A stretch of 63,740 bases of DNA, filler included, from Craspedostauros australis (lineage: Eukaryota), in assembly GCA_030167865.1 (NCBI GenBank). It is 4 parts of 4 records of this genome, joined end to end, with 100 filler letters (N's around TTAATTAATTAA, not from the genome) between each part and the next. Parts side by side here need not be neighbours in the genome. Positions count along the whole stretch, not along the records: positions 30,546 to 58,979 come from JALAGF010006418.1; positions 59,080 to 62,052 come from JALAGF010006422.1; positions 62,153 to 63,740 come from JALAGF010006431.1; 1 more part is not named here. The stretch is one strand, 5' to 3'. Below, piece after piece: positions 51,735-63,740 of this stretch. Numbering within the stretch: position 1 is the first letter of the stretch; each line of letters starts with the position of its first letter. Below the pieces are notes generated by a model. The model was not told where the DNA came from. It did no database searches and worked only from the letters and a program-made list of their open reading frames with translations. The translations under genes and the position numbers were made by a program.

Positions 51735-54700
51735 TTATTGCGATTTCATGAACTCCTGGAGGCTCGACGGGGCCGAGGCTGCCTCCTCCATGGCGATTCC
51801 TCCACCGACGATGGCGGCCATGGCGCCAGCCTCCTGCAATGCATCCAAGTACGCGACCGTGGTTGGCCGTTCGATGATTCCCACTCGGCCTTCCACCAAG
51901 ACGGGCATATCGTCGCCGTACTTGTTCTTGAACTCCGCGAGCTCGTCGCTCCGCAGGATGTCAAGAGCCTGCTGTCCTGTCATATCGAATGAGAAATCCT
52001 CGAGTTGACGGTTGGACACGATCAAGCCAGTTGGGCCACCGTCCTTGGACAGGACGGAGAGATCCTTGATCTGCTGCTTGGATGTCACGGTCACGTACGA
52101 TTGCATGTTCATGGTGGAAGCAATCTTGGTGAGATACAGCAAGTCCTTGGCCTGGAGCGCGCCGACGACCAGGCTGACCGCGTCGGCACCGGCCAACCGG
52201 AGCTTGTACAGCTGGTACGGGTACAGCAGCAAATCAGACGCCAATATAGGTGGCGCGAACGAGTCATCAATTGCCTCATTTTCGCTCTCATTGCCTTCGG
52301 AGGTCATGCCTAGCTTCTTCAACGCTGCGCTGGTCGATGCCGCGCGTGCCTTCGTCACATCTTCCAACGATCCACCGAATAGAACAGCGTCGCAATTCAC
52401 GCTGAAGGCCGGGGTGCCAGATAAGGTGTACTGCTTGATGAGCTTGGAAAGGTTGTATCGTTTCCGCAAGCTCCCCGTCGAGGGTTCCATACGCTTGCAT
52501 TCAGGAATGATGACGAGCTTTCCATCGTTCGCGGCAGCTTCCTCGCGGATAGGACCGAACCAATCGCGCGGCTTGGGCTTCGTCGGATCCATGGTAAAGA
52601 GCTTGCATTGCGACAGAAGGTTTGCCAGAGGGACACGTTCCCGCAACCGGTCCACCTCCGTCTCCTTGTCCCACATGAACCCTTCCAACGCGCTGGTGGG
52701 CTTGGCAGTCTTCTCGGCTACGCTCCATTCGACAGTCGACACAGTGAGCGCGCGTCCCGAATGCACTTCGCGGCGCTTGATGATCAACTCGCCATTCTCA
52801 TCCCTTGGTGCGTTCTTGATTGTATCCACATCCAGCTTCTTCGTCGTTGCCTCATCGCTTGATGGGGAATCGGCTTCATCGTCAGTGCCGTTGTCATTTT
52901 CATCATTTTCCGATGACGACAGCTCTGCATCTGCCTTGCGTTCGGCATCCGCTGCGGCCTTGGCAGGCGAGTACACAGGCCTGCCGGACTTGCTGCCGAT
53001 CAGGACGTACCCGGTCGAGCTGCCTTGGACGCTGACTGGTTCCTTCCCGTTGTCACCCTGGAGGCCGAGCGCACCTATCACGCCATTGGAAAAGAAGCCA
53101 TTGATGCATGGGACATTTGGAACGAATTCAGAGACTGCTTTGCTTTCGAAACCACCCTTGCCCAGGAAGAATTTGCTGCCACGATCCAAGGTGGGAAACA
53201 TCAAGCATGCGGAGGGCACAAATGGTGCGCCATTGCTGCTATCATCTTCCGATTCATCGTTACCAATGGATTGCATGCTCTCTTCGAGAAGGCGTCTCTT
53301 GTATCCCATCCACAGGGCTTCGACCTCCCTCTTGGCGAAATCACCTTCGCGCACGTAGAAGCGCAGGCGTGTGCCGGGTTCCACCTCCACGCTGCCGAGG
53401 GGGAACGTGACGGAACCGTCCTTCATTCCGGCGCTGGCAACTTGGCGAACCTGGAATCTATGTCCCTTGCCTTCGGACAGACGAATTAGATCGGATGGGC
53501 TGCGACCGACGGACCCCGCACGTTCGAGTCCGATCAGCAACGCCTTGCGCATAAATGCTTGATCATCATCACTGAGGACGTTCATAAGAAAGTTCGCTTC
53601 GGCCAGCACGGGCTTTGGAATGCGCGCCTTGGCATACGCGTTGCGCATCTTGGTTCTGGCATCCATTTCACCCGCATCCTGCTCATCCTCGTCGTCGTCG
53701 TCGTCGTCTGTCACGGCGCCATCCGCTTCATCCGTCAACTCGGCCTCGGCTTGCTGCACCAGCTCCGTGGCAGTTTCGTCCAAGACGATGGATTGAATGG
53801 TGGATGCACCGCCCTTGACGATCTGGTAGACACCGCCAACGGGCTTGGCGCCCTGCGCCAGCATGGATTGGATCTCGATGTCGCCTGTCATAGCAATGCC
53901 GACGCAACCATCCGCCAATGTTTGGATGATCGGTTCCGCGCCGTCCACCTGCTGATACCGGAACAAACGCGCACGGCTGAGAGAGCTAACGGTGGAGGCA
54001 ATGGCACCGAAGACCCTCGAGTTGGGAAAGTTGATTCCGAGGCCGCCCAGCAAATCATCCACATCGTTCTGGAAGGCCGGCGATGGCAGAAGCATGAATG
54101 CGGAGTTGCTATCCTCCTTTTCCTGAAAGGACGAGAGTCCCACGGCCGCCTTCCAATCGTCCTTGGGGACGCGGCCGTAATCATCCGGCACGTCGGTGTC
54201 GATGACGTGGAAAGTCTGAGAATAGTAACGAATGTGCGCACGGGTAGGGATGCAGCGGGATGTTGGGATGTTGGGAAAGGAGAAGCGTGAGATATTGTAT
54301 TGTTCACATGTCGGTGTCTGGTCAACCCCGACTGCTTGAGTATGGCTTGTTCGACGAAGAGGGGCAAGCCATCTCTGTTTTTGCGATGACTGACAATTGG
54401 ACGCACCTGAATATCCACATCCGGGAGCATGGACAGCACGACGGAAACGCCTGGCACACCTTCCTCTTCGATAGGTCGGCAGGCACGCAGCAATTCCAGA
54501 TCCTCCGCATCGTTTCTCGAAGCCCCACCATCGCTGCTGGACGTTGCAGAGGCGGCAGATGACCCCGTCGATGGGCGCGAGTATTCCAGATTGGCGCTAC
54601 TGCTGATGAATCCACCGTTGGTGCAGCCGATAAGGTTCTTGATGTTGAAAGGTTTGGCAACTTCCGTGACGGTCGGGATGACGGTGGAAGGCGATGAACT

Positions 54701-55060
54701 GTAGAGGCTGCTGATGGAGACGATGGCCAAATCCACGTCGAGGAGGGATGAATCGCTGGGCAATGCCTGCTTCGCCATCTCTGTCGCCTCCTGCAGGGCT
54801 TGCACGAGGTCGATGTTCTGGGAGTGTCCGCTTGCAACGGCTTGTGGCGTCAACTTTGTAGCAGTGTCATCGGATGCTGCGGCAAACAGAGGAGTCTGCG
54901 GCTGCTGACGGAAGGTGCTGGCAGAGGGAACCACAAATGCCGATGCCGTTGGCAATGGCAACCGCACCGATGATTGGCAGCACATGCCGATCGCAGCAAC
55001 CGCGGTCAAGCCGAGATGAAGCCATCTTTGGCTGGCAGCAACACTCGTTGCACGGCCCAT
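51735..55060 (-). CDS. Plastid-targeted fusion of a FIST (FIST_N + FIST_C) domain and a degenerate indole-3-glycerol-phosphate synthase-like barrel; exons 55060-54407 and 54215-51735
   Basis: ASA-FVV motif; FIST motifs LIGCTNGGFI, AQGAKPVGGVYQI, GTRLRFYVRE, CLMFPTLDRG, GFFSNGVIG; IGPS-like motifs IIPECKRMEPSTG, FGGSLEDV, PYQLYKLRLAGADAV, SNRQL; phase-0 intron 54406-54216. Confidence 0.85.
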
Positions 55061-55920
55061 CTTCGTTCTTCTTCGCTTGGCACTGGACTTGCGTCTGAGT
55101 CTGAGTTTCAATTCGGATACGAATTTGGATACGAATACGGATACGGATGCGATTTGGGACGAGGATACCATGCACTCGTCAGCAAGAGACAGTGAGCCCG
55201 TCAACAGATGATTGATCGATCGGCAACACCGATTTTGAGTGGAGTGCGTGGAGGCATTCCTCAGCAGCATTTCCAATGAGAGTGATGACACGAGAACTGT
55301 GCGAGAATCTTGTTTGATGGCAAAATCTCACGAAACGCAAACGTCAGTCCATCGTTCGCCAGCAACCGTCAACCGCAAACACATGATGAACGAATGACAC
55401 CAGCTTCAACTTGACCAATCTGTTCATCCCTGACGGCACCAAAATTTGTGAAATCCGACTCTGCTTTGTGTGGACTCCAGCAGTTCATGACAACAGCTAC
55501 GGGTACATCATAAATAATATATTGAATGAAAGACGAGTGCTTCAGACTGTCGGATCGATGCAAACCATAATACAATTTATTTGTGCTTGAGGCATGCATG
55601 ATCTGAAGTTGCGTGGAGCATTCGGCACGATCAGAACGATGGCAGAATCAATGGCAAGCCATCCATCTGTATCGAATGGCTCTGTTTAACTCTTCCGTGG
55701 TCGCCATCAGGCCCACAATCTCATTGAACTGTGTCATATTCCTCCGGACAACATGTTGATAGCCATAGATCAGATTGCATCACTCATTGACTTCCGTGCA
55801 ATCTTTCCATCATGCCTCTAATCATTTGTGGCCCTGAGTAGGTTTGTGCAGGTGTGCCAACGAGACGCTCCGGTATATAGCACCACCTCAATCCAATCCA
55901 ATCCACTTCAGTGCGATTGT

Positions 55921-56763
55921 CTAAGAGTCTTCACGGTACGTGGATCCGGCGGATGCCAACTGGGCGGCGGCGAAGGCTCCCAAACTGATGGAGAATCCCA
56001 ACAGCACCAGAAGGCCGTAAGTGAAGTTCGGCTCGACAATACCGACGATGAAGCTGTCAATGTTCTCCGGCAACGGGCTATCCGTGGCCTTGCTCCAGGC
56101 CTCGACGGTGATGGCACCACCGGCCGACACAAATAGGACGGTGCAAATGGCCAATCCGATCTTGAGGAACCGATCGATGAAGATGAGCAACTGCGGGGGC
56201 ACGGTGGTCATGATGTCAAAGTCCTCGCCCTTATCCGCCATCCTCTTCCATTGTGCGAGCTTCTTGCGCTCCTCCTTGGCCTTCTCGGCCCGTCGCTTCT
56301 CCTCTTGCTGCTCCTCCATCGTTCGCAGTCCGTATCCTTTTCGCAGGATCTGTTTCGTTCGCTCTTCGACGGGCAGGCTGGGGTCGATGGTGGGCTTCTC
56401 TGCCGATCCGCCTTGGACGGACGTCAGGAAGTCTGTGCCCTGTGACGACATTGCGGACGTTGGCTGCTGCTGCTGCTGCATTCCAGAAGCAGGGGTCGTG
56501 GTGGTGGTCGCGGCGGGAGAAGCAGCATCCGACTTGGTCTTCTGTGGCGCCGGCGCCTCCTGGCTGAATCCTTTGGAGGCACGTCGCTTCTTTCCCTTCT
56601 TCTTCGCATACAGAGCGATGGACCCCGCCATTGGCGATGATGAAGTCGACACTCTTCCACTGAATGCGAGCGAAGTCGTTTGGAAAGCAGAGGTCATGGC
56701 AGAAGCCATCAGCACGATGGCCGCAATTCCCATCATGCTGGTGGAACGCAGTTGCGAGTTCAT
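55921..56763 (-). CDS. Plastid-targeted hypothetical membrane protein (two C-terminal TM helices)
   Basis: ATG at 56763; signal peptide ending TSA-FQT, transit-like region, coiled coil, hydrophobic GLAICTVLFVSAGGAIT and YGLLVLLGFSISLGAFAA. Confidence 0.8.
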   Translation of the reverse strand: MNSQLRSTSMMGIAAIVLMASAMTSAFQTTSLAFSGRVSTSSSPMAGSIALYAKKKGKKRRASKGFSQEAPAPQKTKSDAASPAATTTTTPASGMQQQQQPTSAMSSQGTDFLTSVQGGSAEKPTIDPSLPVEERTKQILRKGYGLRTMEEQQEEKRRAEKAKEERKKLAQWKRMADKGEDFDIMTTVPPQLLIFIDRFLKIGLAICTVLFVSAGGAITVEAWSKATDSPLPENIDSFIVGIVEPNFTYGLLVLLGFSISLGAFAAAQLASAGSTYREDS

Positions 56764-58979
56764 GGTTAACCGAGTGGGTTGGGATGATGTGAATCGACGT
56801 GGGTTTCTGAGTATGATGATCGAACAACTGATCGTTCCACCAGTGTTTGCTATTATATGACTGTTGCAAAGTATAATAGAGTGCCTTCTCCAGGTATTTG
56901 CCAAGAAAGCAACGCCAGATGATCCTGAGCTGGTGATTGATTGCGGGCAGAGCGAAGTGCTTGAAGGGAGATGTGGGCGGCGATCTTTGTCGCAACAGCT
57001 GAGCGATGCGTTCGCCAACTGGAATGACACAGAAAGATCACTGTTGTCGTCATCATCGCGAGTTCTCGTCACGATTCTTGTGACGTGCTTCAACCCAATC
57101 ATCAGTCTGTCCTTCGACAGGTCGTGCGGTGGCTGACTGACCTGACTAAATCGCTAGCTGTTGACATCGGAAGATAGAACCGGAAACATAAACCGATCCT
57201 CTCACGACAAAGACGACAAGACACCCGTCGTGATAGCGCTTCCACAGAAGGATGACAACTGTATGCACTTGGCTTCCATGTCCAAACTCACCTTTCTGGA
57301 GATCTGCACCTGTCTGTTCTGCTTCGCTGCATGCGCAGAGAAAGCGTTGCTAAAGGACATTTGGAACCTGACGCAGACCCGGACATGATCCTTCTGCGCT
57401 TACCTTGCCATTGATCGTGAAGGAGAAGGCAACATCGGCATGTAGACTATTGCAGAGTACAGGGTGAATGGAACTCATGTTGATACCAATACAAGCAGCA
57501 CCAGAGGGGAAGATTGGGAGCATTTTCATACATTAGAGAGCACCAATAGGCGTCCCTCTGTTGGTAGGTATCAACCATGGCTCGGTTCACAGTGTCACGG
57601 AGAGCCAAGAAGAGATGCAAAAGAGCCCATCAGCGATCGCCACGTCGCTCTCTCCAGCACAGACAGATCGTCAACGACCGTGGCCAGAGCACAGTCCAGA
57701 AGGAGGCACCAATCGTGCAATCCACATGACTGTGTGAAGAGATGCATAGGAGGGGGGAGAGTGAGCACGATGGATGGAGAAACGAAGGGACTTGTTGGCG
57801 GCGACGCAAACACAGAGGCGAACAACCAAGATATCTCCACGTCTACAACTATGCAGCTTCGGGATGGAAAGTTCGATCTACTCTCCCGAGAGAAGCTGCC
57901 ACACATGCCTCTCTCATTATCATAGTTCTCTGGAGTAGGTCGTATGGTACACTATTCATCCCAACAGGTATCGCACTCGCTCATTCGAACTGAGCTGGCC
58001 TGGAAAGATTTGTGATCGCATCGCATGCCAACGCCATGGGTATGCAACATCCATGCCCTGTGTGAATCAACATTTCAGCCATGCGCAACCAACCTGCGAG
58101 CATTGCTCCCCTTGTCCGCCGCTTGTTACTCACGATCACGAGGAGGCATGATCGTGGATCAGTCAGAGACCACGTGCGGAGGGTGATGCGACCATGGCCA
58201 CCTCCGCCTTCGTTCTTCTTCAAGCGCTGCCGCTCCCCTTTGCTCGCCTGCTTTCTGTCTGTCCCTTAGTTGGTGTTGCCTACGACTTACACCTTCGTAT
58301 GGTGCCCTGTCTCTTGTTGAACACCTTTCTATCATGGCTGCCCATGCCTCTCCTGCGCTTCTTCTTGTCCTTCTTCTTGTCCTTCCCGCTTTCCCTTCCT
58401 TCTCGTCTCCTTCGCGGAATTCTGTGCTCACAAAGCGGCTCACACGTGTCTTGATGTTTGCGGTCGTTCTGGTCGTTGTCTTTGTTCTTGATCCTTCCTT
58501 CTCTCTGCAGTTGCGTGATGACACCAACGAAATTGCCTCGCCCATCACTTCCATCACCACCATCGGCACCACGGACCAAACCTCAACCAGAATCTCAACG
58601 ACATCTTCTATGTCCATGTCGCCCGTGCTTCCTTGAAACGACAGCCTACTCCATCACGTACTGACACCTACCACCAAGACATGTTGACATCTTGCTGCAG
58701 CGATCAACACAGCCTGGATTCATGATGCGTGGATGGATTTCACGAACAGACATGTCTGGAATGTGATCGGCTCGGAAAGATGTGCTTGCCACTCCATCAC
58801 CACACACAGCACACTCGTCCATACACCGGGTGCACTGCTTCGAATGGATGTGGATACACGAAGAAGGCACCTGAATGTGAGCACGCACGTGAATGAATGC
58901 AAAAGTTGCTCGATCTGAAACATCGCAGCCCAACCAACGTACTACTCCACACGCACACACATGATGAACTCAACTCAAC

Positions 58980-59079
58980 NNNNNNNNNNNNNNNNNNNNN
59001 NNNNNNNNNNNNNNNNNNNNNNNTTAATTAATTAANNNNNNNNNNNNNNNNNNNNNNNNNNNNNNNNNNNNNNNNNNNN
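58980..59079. other. Artificial scaffold spacer N44-TTAATTAATTAA-N44
   Basis: Linker at 59024-59035; 100 nt in total. Confidence 0.95.
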
Positions 59080-62052
59080 CAAAAAATGAAACAATTCGTC
59101 AAGATCGTCTTGGAAAAACTAATACATATTTTGACTTAATAACTATAAACGTCTCTAACGAAAAACTACATAATCAATAAAAACACTCACATACGACCTA
59201 TCAATATAAAATATAACCATACTTATATTAAATATAACATATATTATCACCCAAATCACCCTCATTANCATTAAAAAAAANATTAATTCCCTTAAAACAG
59301 TCGATTGAATAAAATGCTCTCATGTCTAATTTAGATAATTATATAGATACATTAAAGCAATTTTATGCTACTATATCCTTTTATGAATTCGTCAAATTTG
59401 AGTACTAAATACATTATTTGAACCTTGAAGACTTTGAATCCGTCGATTTTACTTGTTTGTAACCTTAGTTCGTAACACGAGTCTTCCGCCTAAAAAATCT
59501 CTAAAGTTCTTTAAATTTACAGAATGCCATCAACTCAAATTTATTTTAAAATCGGACCAAATGATTAAAATCAACTAACGATTCTTCTAATTTAATAACA
59601 AATTAACCCTAAAAAATTTTATCGCTGTCATTCCAATAATCACATCTATCCTTCATGCATTATTTCAACTACAATCTCATACGAAACTTAATAGTAACAC
59701 CTTTTTTATCAAAATTCACACAAAATCGAATAAAAAGACATATCAAAGACCTTTACCTAAAATATAACATTTTTAGTCATATTTGCCCGCGTACGATCTT
59801 AAGTTTTAAATCATTCTTAAATAATAAAAAAAAATTAAATTTCTATTTCACAAAGAATGAAACAATTCGTCAAGATCATTTTAGAAAAGCTAATACATAT
59901 TTTAACTTAATAACTATAAACGTCTCTAACTAAAACCTACATAATCGATAAAAACACTCACATACAACCTATCAATATAAAATATAACTATACTTATATT
60001 GAATATAACATGTATTATCACCTAAATCATCCTCATTAACATTTTCACTAATTCCCTTAAAATAGTCGATTGAATAGAATGCTCCCATATCTAATTTGTA
60101 TGTTTATATAAACCCATTAGAGCGATTTTATACTGCAATATCGTTTTATAAATTCATCAAATTTAAGTGCTAAGTACATTGTTTAAACCTTGAAGACTTT
60201 TAATCCGCCCATTTTACTTGTTTGTAACCCTCGTCCGCGCCATAAGTCTCCCGTCCAAAAAATCCTTAAACTTTTTTAGACTTGCAAAATGCCATCAACC
60301 CGAATTTATTCTAAAATCGGACTAAATGATTAAAATCAACTAGCAATTCTTCTAATTTAATAATAAATTAACTCTAGAAAATTTTATCGCCGCCATTCCA
60401 ATAATCACATCTATCCTTTATGCTTGATTTCAACTACAATTTCATACAAAACTTGATAGTGACACCTTTTTTTATCAAAATTCATACAAAATCTAATAAG
60501 AAGACATATCAAAAATCCTTAACTAAAATAGAATATTTTTAATCACATTTGCCTGCGTATGATCTTGAGTTTTAAATCATTTCTAAACAATACAAAAAAA
60601 GTTAAACTTTTGTTTCACAAAAAATGAAACAATTCTGTATACATTAAAAAAAACATTAAATCTTAAAAATCACTCATAAATGTATTAAATTTACTAAAAT
60701 CTATATGGTACACTTACGTGAATCAAANNNNNNNNNNNNNNNNNNNNNNNNNNNNNNNNNNNNNNNNNNNNNNNNNNAGATCTATATGATACACTTATGT
60801 AAATCAAATACGTGCATAATAACTCAAAACACGGCATAATACTTTTAGTTACATTTGCCCGTGTGCGATCTTAAGTTTTAAACCATTGCTAAATAATAAA
60901 AAAGATTAAATTTCTATTTCACAAAAAATGAAACAATTCGTCAAGATCGTCTTGGAAAAACTAATACATATTTCAACTTAATAACTATAAACGTCTCTAA
61001 CTAAAACCTACATAATCAATAAAAACACTAACATACAACCTATTAATATAAAATATAACTATACCTATATTAAATATAACATGTATTATCACCCAAATCA
61101 TCCCCATTAACATTTTCACTAATTCCCTTAAAATAGTCGATTGAATAAAATGCTCTCATGTCTAATTTGTATGTTTATATAAACCCATTAAAGCGATTTT
61201 ATACTGCAATATCGTTTTATAAACTCATCAAATTTAAGTGATAAGTACATTGTTTAAACCTTGAAGACTTTGGATCAGCCCATTTTACTTGTTTGTAACC
61301 CTCGTCCGCGCCACAAGTCTCCCGTCTAAAAAATCCTTAAACTTTTTTAAACTTGCAAAATGCCATCAACCCGAATTTATTCTAAAATCGGACTAAATGA
61401 TTAAAATCAACTAGCAATTCTTCTAATTTAATAATAAATTAACTCTAGAAAATTTTATCGCCGCCATTCCAATAATCACGTCTATCCTTCATGCTTGATT
61501 TCAACTACAATTTCATACAAGACTTGATAGTGACACCTTTTTTATCAAAATTCATACAAAATCTAATAAGAAGACATATCAAAAATCCTTAACTAAGATA
61601 GAATACTTTTAATCACATTTGCCTGCGTGTGATCTTGAGTTTTAAATCATTTCTAAACAATACGAAAAAGGTTAAATTTTTGTTTCACAAAAAATGAAAC
61701 AATTCGTCAAGATCATCTTGGAAAAACTAATACGTATTTTAACTTAATAACAATAAACGTCTCTAACGAAAAATCACATAATCAATAAAAACACTCACAT
61801 ACGGCCTAGCAATATAAAGTATAACTATACTTATATTAAATATAACATATATTATCACCCAAATCACCCTCATTAACATTAAAATTTTCACTAATTCCTT
61901 TAAAACAATCGATTGAATAGAATGCTCCCATTTCTAATTTGTATGTTTATATAGATACATTAAAGCAATTCTATACCACTATATCCTTTTATGAATTCGT
62001 CAAATTTGAGTGCTAAGTACATTATTTAAACCTTGAAGGCTTTGAATCCGTC
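59080..62052. repeat. AT-rich tandem satellite, monomer ~766-771 bp, two variant types
   Basis: Landmark ATGAAACAATTC at 59086, 59857, 60624, 60928 and 61694; monomers align over their length; far lower GC than the genic DNA. Confidence 0.92.
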
Positions 62053-62152
62053 NNNNNNNNNNNNNNNNNNNNNNNNNNNNNNNNNNNNNNNNNNNNTTAA
62101 TTAATTAANNNNNNNNNNNNNNNNNNNNNNNNNNNNNNNNNNNNNNNNNNNN
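62053..62152. other. Artificial scaffold spacer N44-TTAATTAATTAA-N44
   Basis: Linker at 62097-62108; 100 nt in total. Confidence 0.95.
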
Positions 62153-63740
62153 TGGAACCAGTATCCCGGCGCCGACGGCCTCACGGACTCGATGGAATGA
62201 GATGGCCACATGCTTCTTTTGCAGCAGGCTGTCTGCAATGGTCGTGTTCGAGATTACCGCATTGTTGTCACAGAATGTGACCGTGGGTGATTTGATGCGT
62301 ACTCCCAGCGATCGGAGCGCGTATCGTAGTGCAATGATTTCCTCCGTCACTGATCGCATAGCGTTGAATTCCGCGCCGTACGTTGACGTGGTAACCGATG
62401 TTTGCCTCTTGCTNGTGAAGTACACAGGGGTCCTGCCAAGGAATAGTATGATCCCAGTGTTGGATCGCCGTGTGACGAGATTGTGTGCGTGGTCCGCATC
62501 GACGAATGCATACATAGGCAGTTCTGGGTAAATCGGCTTGGGCGATCGGTCGTCGATGTCCTCCGCTGCCTCAGGATACTCTTCTTTCATTTGCGCCACC
62601 AACTCTGGGTTGGAAGGCGTCGAGTTGAAGTTGTCGAGTATCATGGGCCTGGAGTCGACTTGTGTTGTGAGTGTGGACTTTCCTTTGAGGTAGCCCCAGA
62701 TCTTGAGCGCTCGCACAAGATGTCCTTTTCGTGGTGATGCAGTGAATCAAGAAAGTGAAGAAGTTGCAAAGGCGACGTCGAAACGTCCAAGTTGAACAAC
62801 CCAGTTCAGCATGCCGATCAGCTGCTGGAACTGNNNNNNNNNNNNNNNNNNNNNNNNNNNNNNNNNNNNNNNNNNNNNNNNNNNNNNNNNNNNNNNNNNN
62901 NNNNNNNNNNNNNNNNAGCTTGCCATGTTGTCGCTCGACTTTGTCCAGCGCGTTGGCGATGTACTTGTTGCATCCGACGCTCCATTTGCCCTTGGCATTC
63001 TTGGAGTAGTCGTTGCCCAGATAGTATTTGGGTGGTCCAATGTCTTTGATCGTGTAGACTTGTTGGATGGACTTCATGTATTGATCGGGATCCTTGGCCA
63101 CGATCTTGAAGTCGTTGACATGCGTGCAGATGTAATCGTAGCCAGTGTCGTCTCTGATCTTGATCCATACATCTTGGTTGTGACGTGATGGGGAGAACCC
63201 CATGGATGAGAGTGTGTTCGCGAAGTGAGCGTGGAATCGTTGTGCACTCGATCTGAGTCCATACAGCGCCTTCTTGAGTACGATTGTTTGGCCCTCACGG
63301 TGGTCGAATTCCTTTCCGGCTCTCGCGTAGATTTTCTCGTTGGTGTATGCGTTGACGAATGCATTGCCCACATCGCCACATAATTGCTTCAGCTTGTTGG
63401 CGTCCGCGATGACGTCGAGTATCCAAACACTGGTGGACTTCACTGTGGACAAGTATACTCTGATGTTGTCAGCGAGTTCGATGAGATGACCTCCGGCGAC
63501 CAGACGCCCCTTGCGTCGCAGATCTTGTTTGACTGCGAAGATTAGCCGTAGCTTTGTGCTCTGGTAGTCCGAGGAAGGTTGATGAGTGGATGGGTGAAAT
63601 TCGAAGCAGTCGAGCTCGATGAGAGCATCGATCTCCTTCTTGGCTGCGTCGTGCCAAAGTGTATCTCCATTCGCTTCGTCGAGTTGGAGTGCGTGCTTCA
63701 TGTTGCATGGCACTTCCACTCCGTACTGGAACATGGTGGC
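62153..63740 (-). mobile_element. Ty1/copia (CoDi-like) LTR retrotransposon pol remnant: RT + RNase H, inactivated
   Basis: FQYGVEVP, KGRLVAGGH, GDVGNAFVNA, LKKALYGLRSS, HVND (in place of Y/HVDD), YYLGND; RNase H FVDADHA...TRRSNTG, SKRQ...STYGAEF, FCDN, KKHVAISFHRVRE; in-frame TGA at 62749-62747. Confidence 0.93.

Noticed and set aside
58334..58636. 100-aa ORF with hydrophobic stretches
   Set aside because: Could be the start of a membrane protein near the contig end, but the hydrophobicity follows from CT-rich low-complexity DNA and there is no clear splice continuation.
59655..59933. 92-aa ORF within the AT-rich repeat
   Set aside because: The start/frame is not preserved in sister monomers; chance ORF in a satellite.
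62834..62916. Apparent frameshift within the copia RT
   Set aside because: The frame change falls across an N gap of estimated length, so it is not evidence of a real indel.

Overview
Eukaryotic, intron-containing nuclear DNA that looks like a diatom (bipartite plastid-targeting signals of the ASA-F type, GT-AG introns of ~125-410 nt, a CoDi-like Ty1/copia element). The window is a scaffold broken by three artificial 100-nt spacers (N44-TTAATTAATTAA-N44 at 30446, 58980 and 62053), so adjacency across them is unproven. Recognisable genes: a Vsb1-like SulP/STAS/cNMP transporter, an SFC1-like mitochondrial carrier, a DHCR24/DWF1 sterol reductase, a plastid-targeted cN-II-type 5'-nucleotidase, two tandem AAAP amino-acid permeases, two plastid ABC1/UbiB kinases, a ThiD-ThiE fusion, an atypical SDR, a multi-fasciclin protein, a plastid FIST + IGPS-like fusion and several orphans. 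There is also a piggyBac transposase fragment, an AT-rich ~770-bp satellite and a decayed copia RT/RNaseH. Two observations stand out. (1) The minus-strand ABC1 kinase needs a single-nucleotide exon (position 45389, cag|T|gtaagt) to stay in frame, so one Phe codon is split over three exons. (2) A plastid-targeted FIST sensor domain is fused to an IGPS barrel that has lost key catalytic residues, a candidate metabolite/heme sensor.
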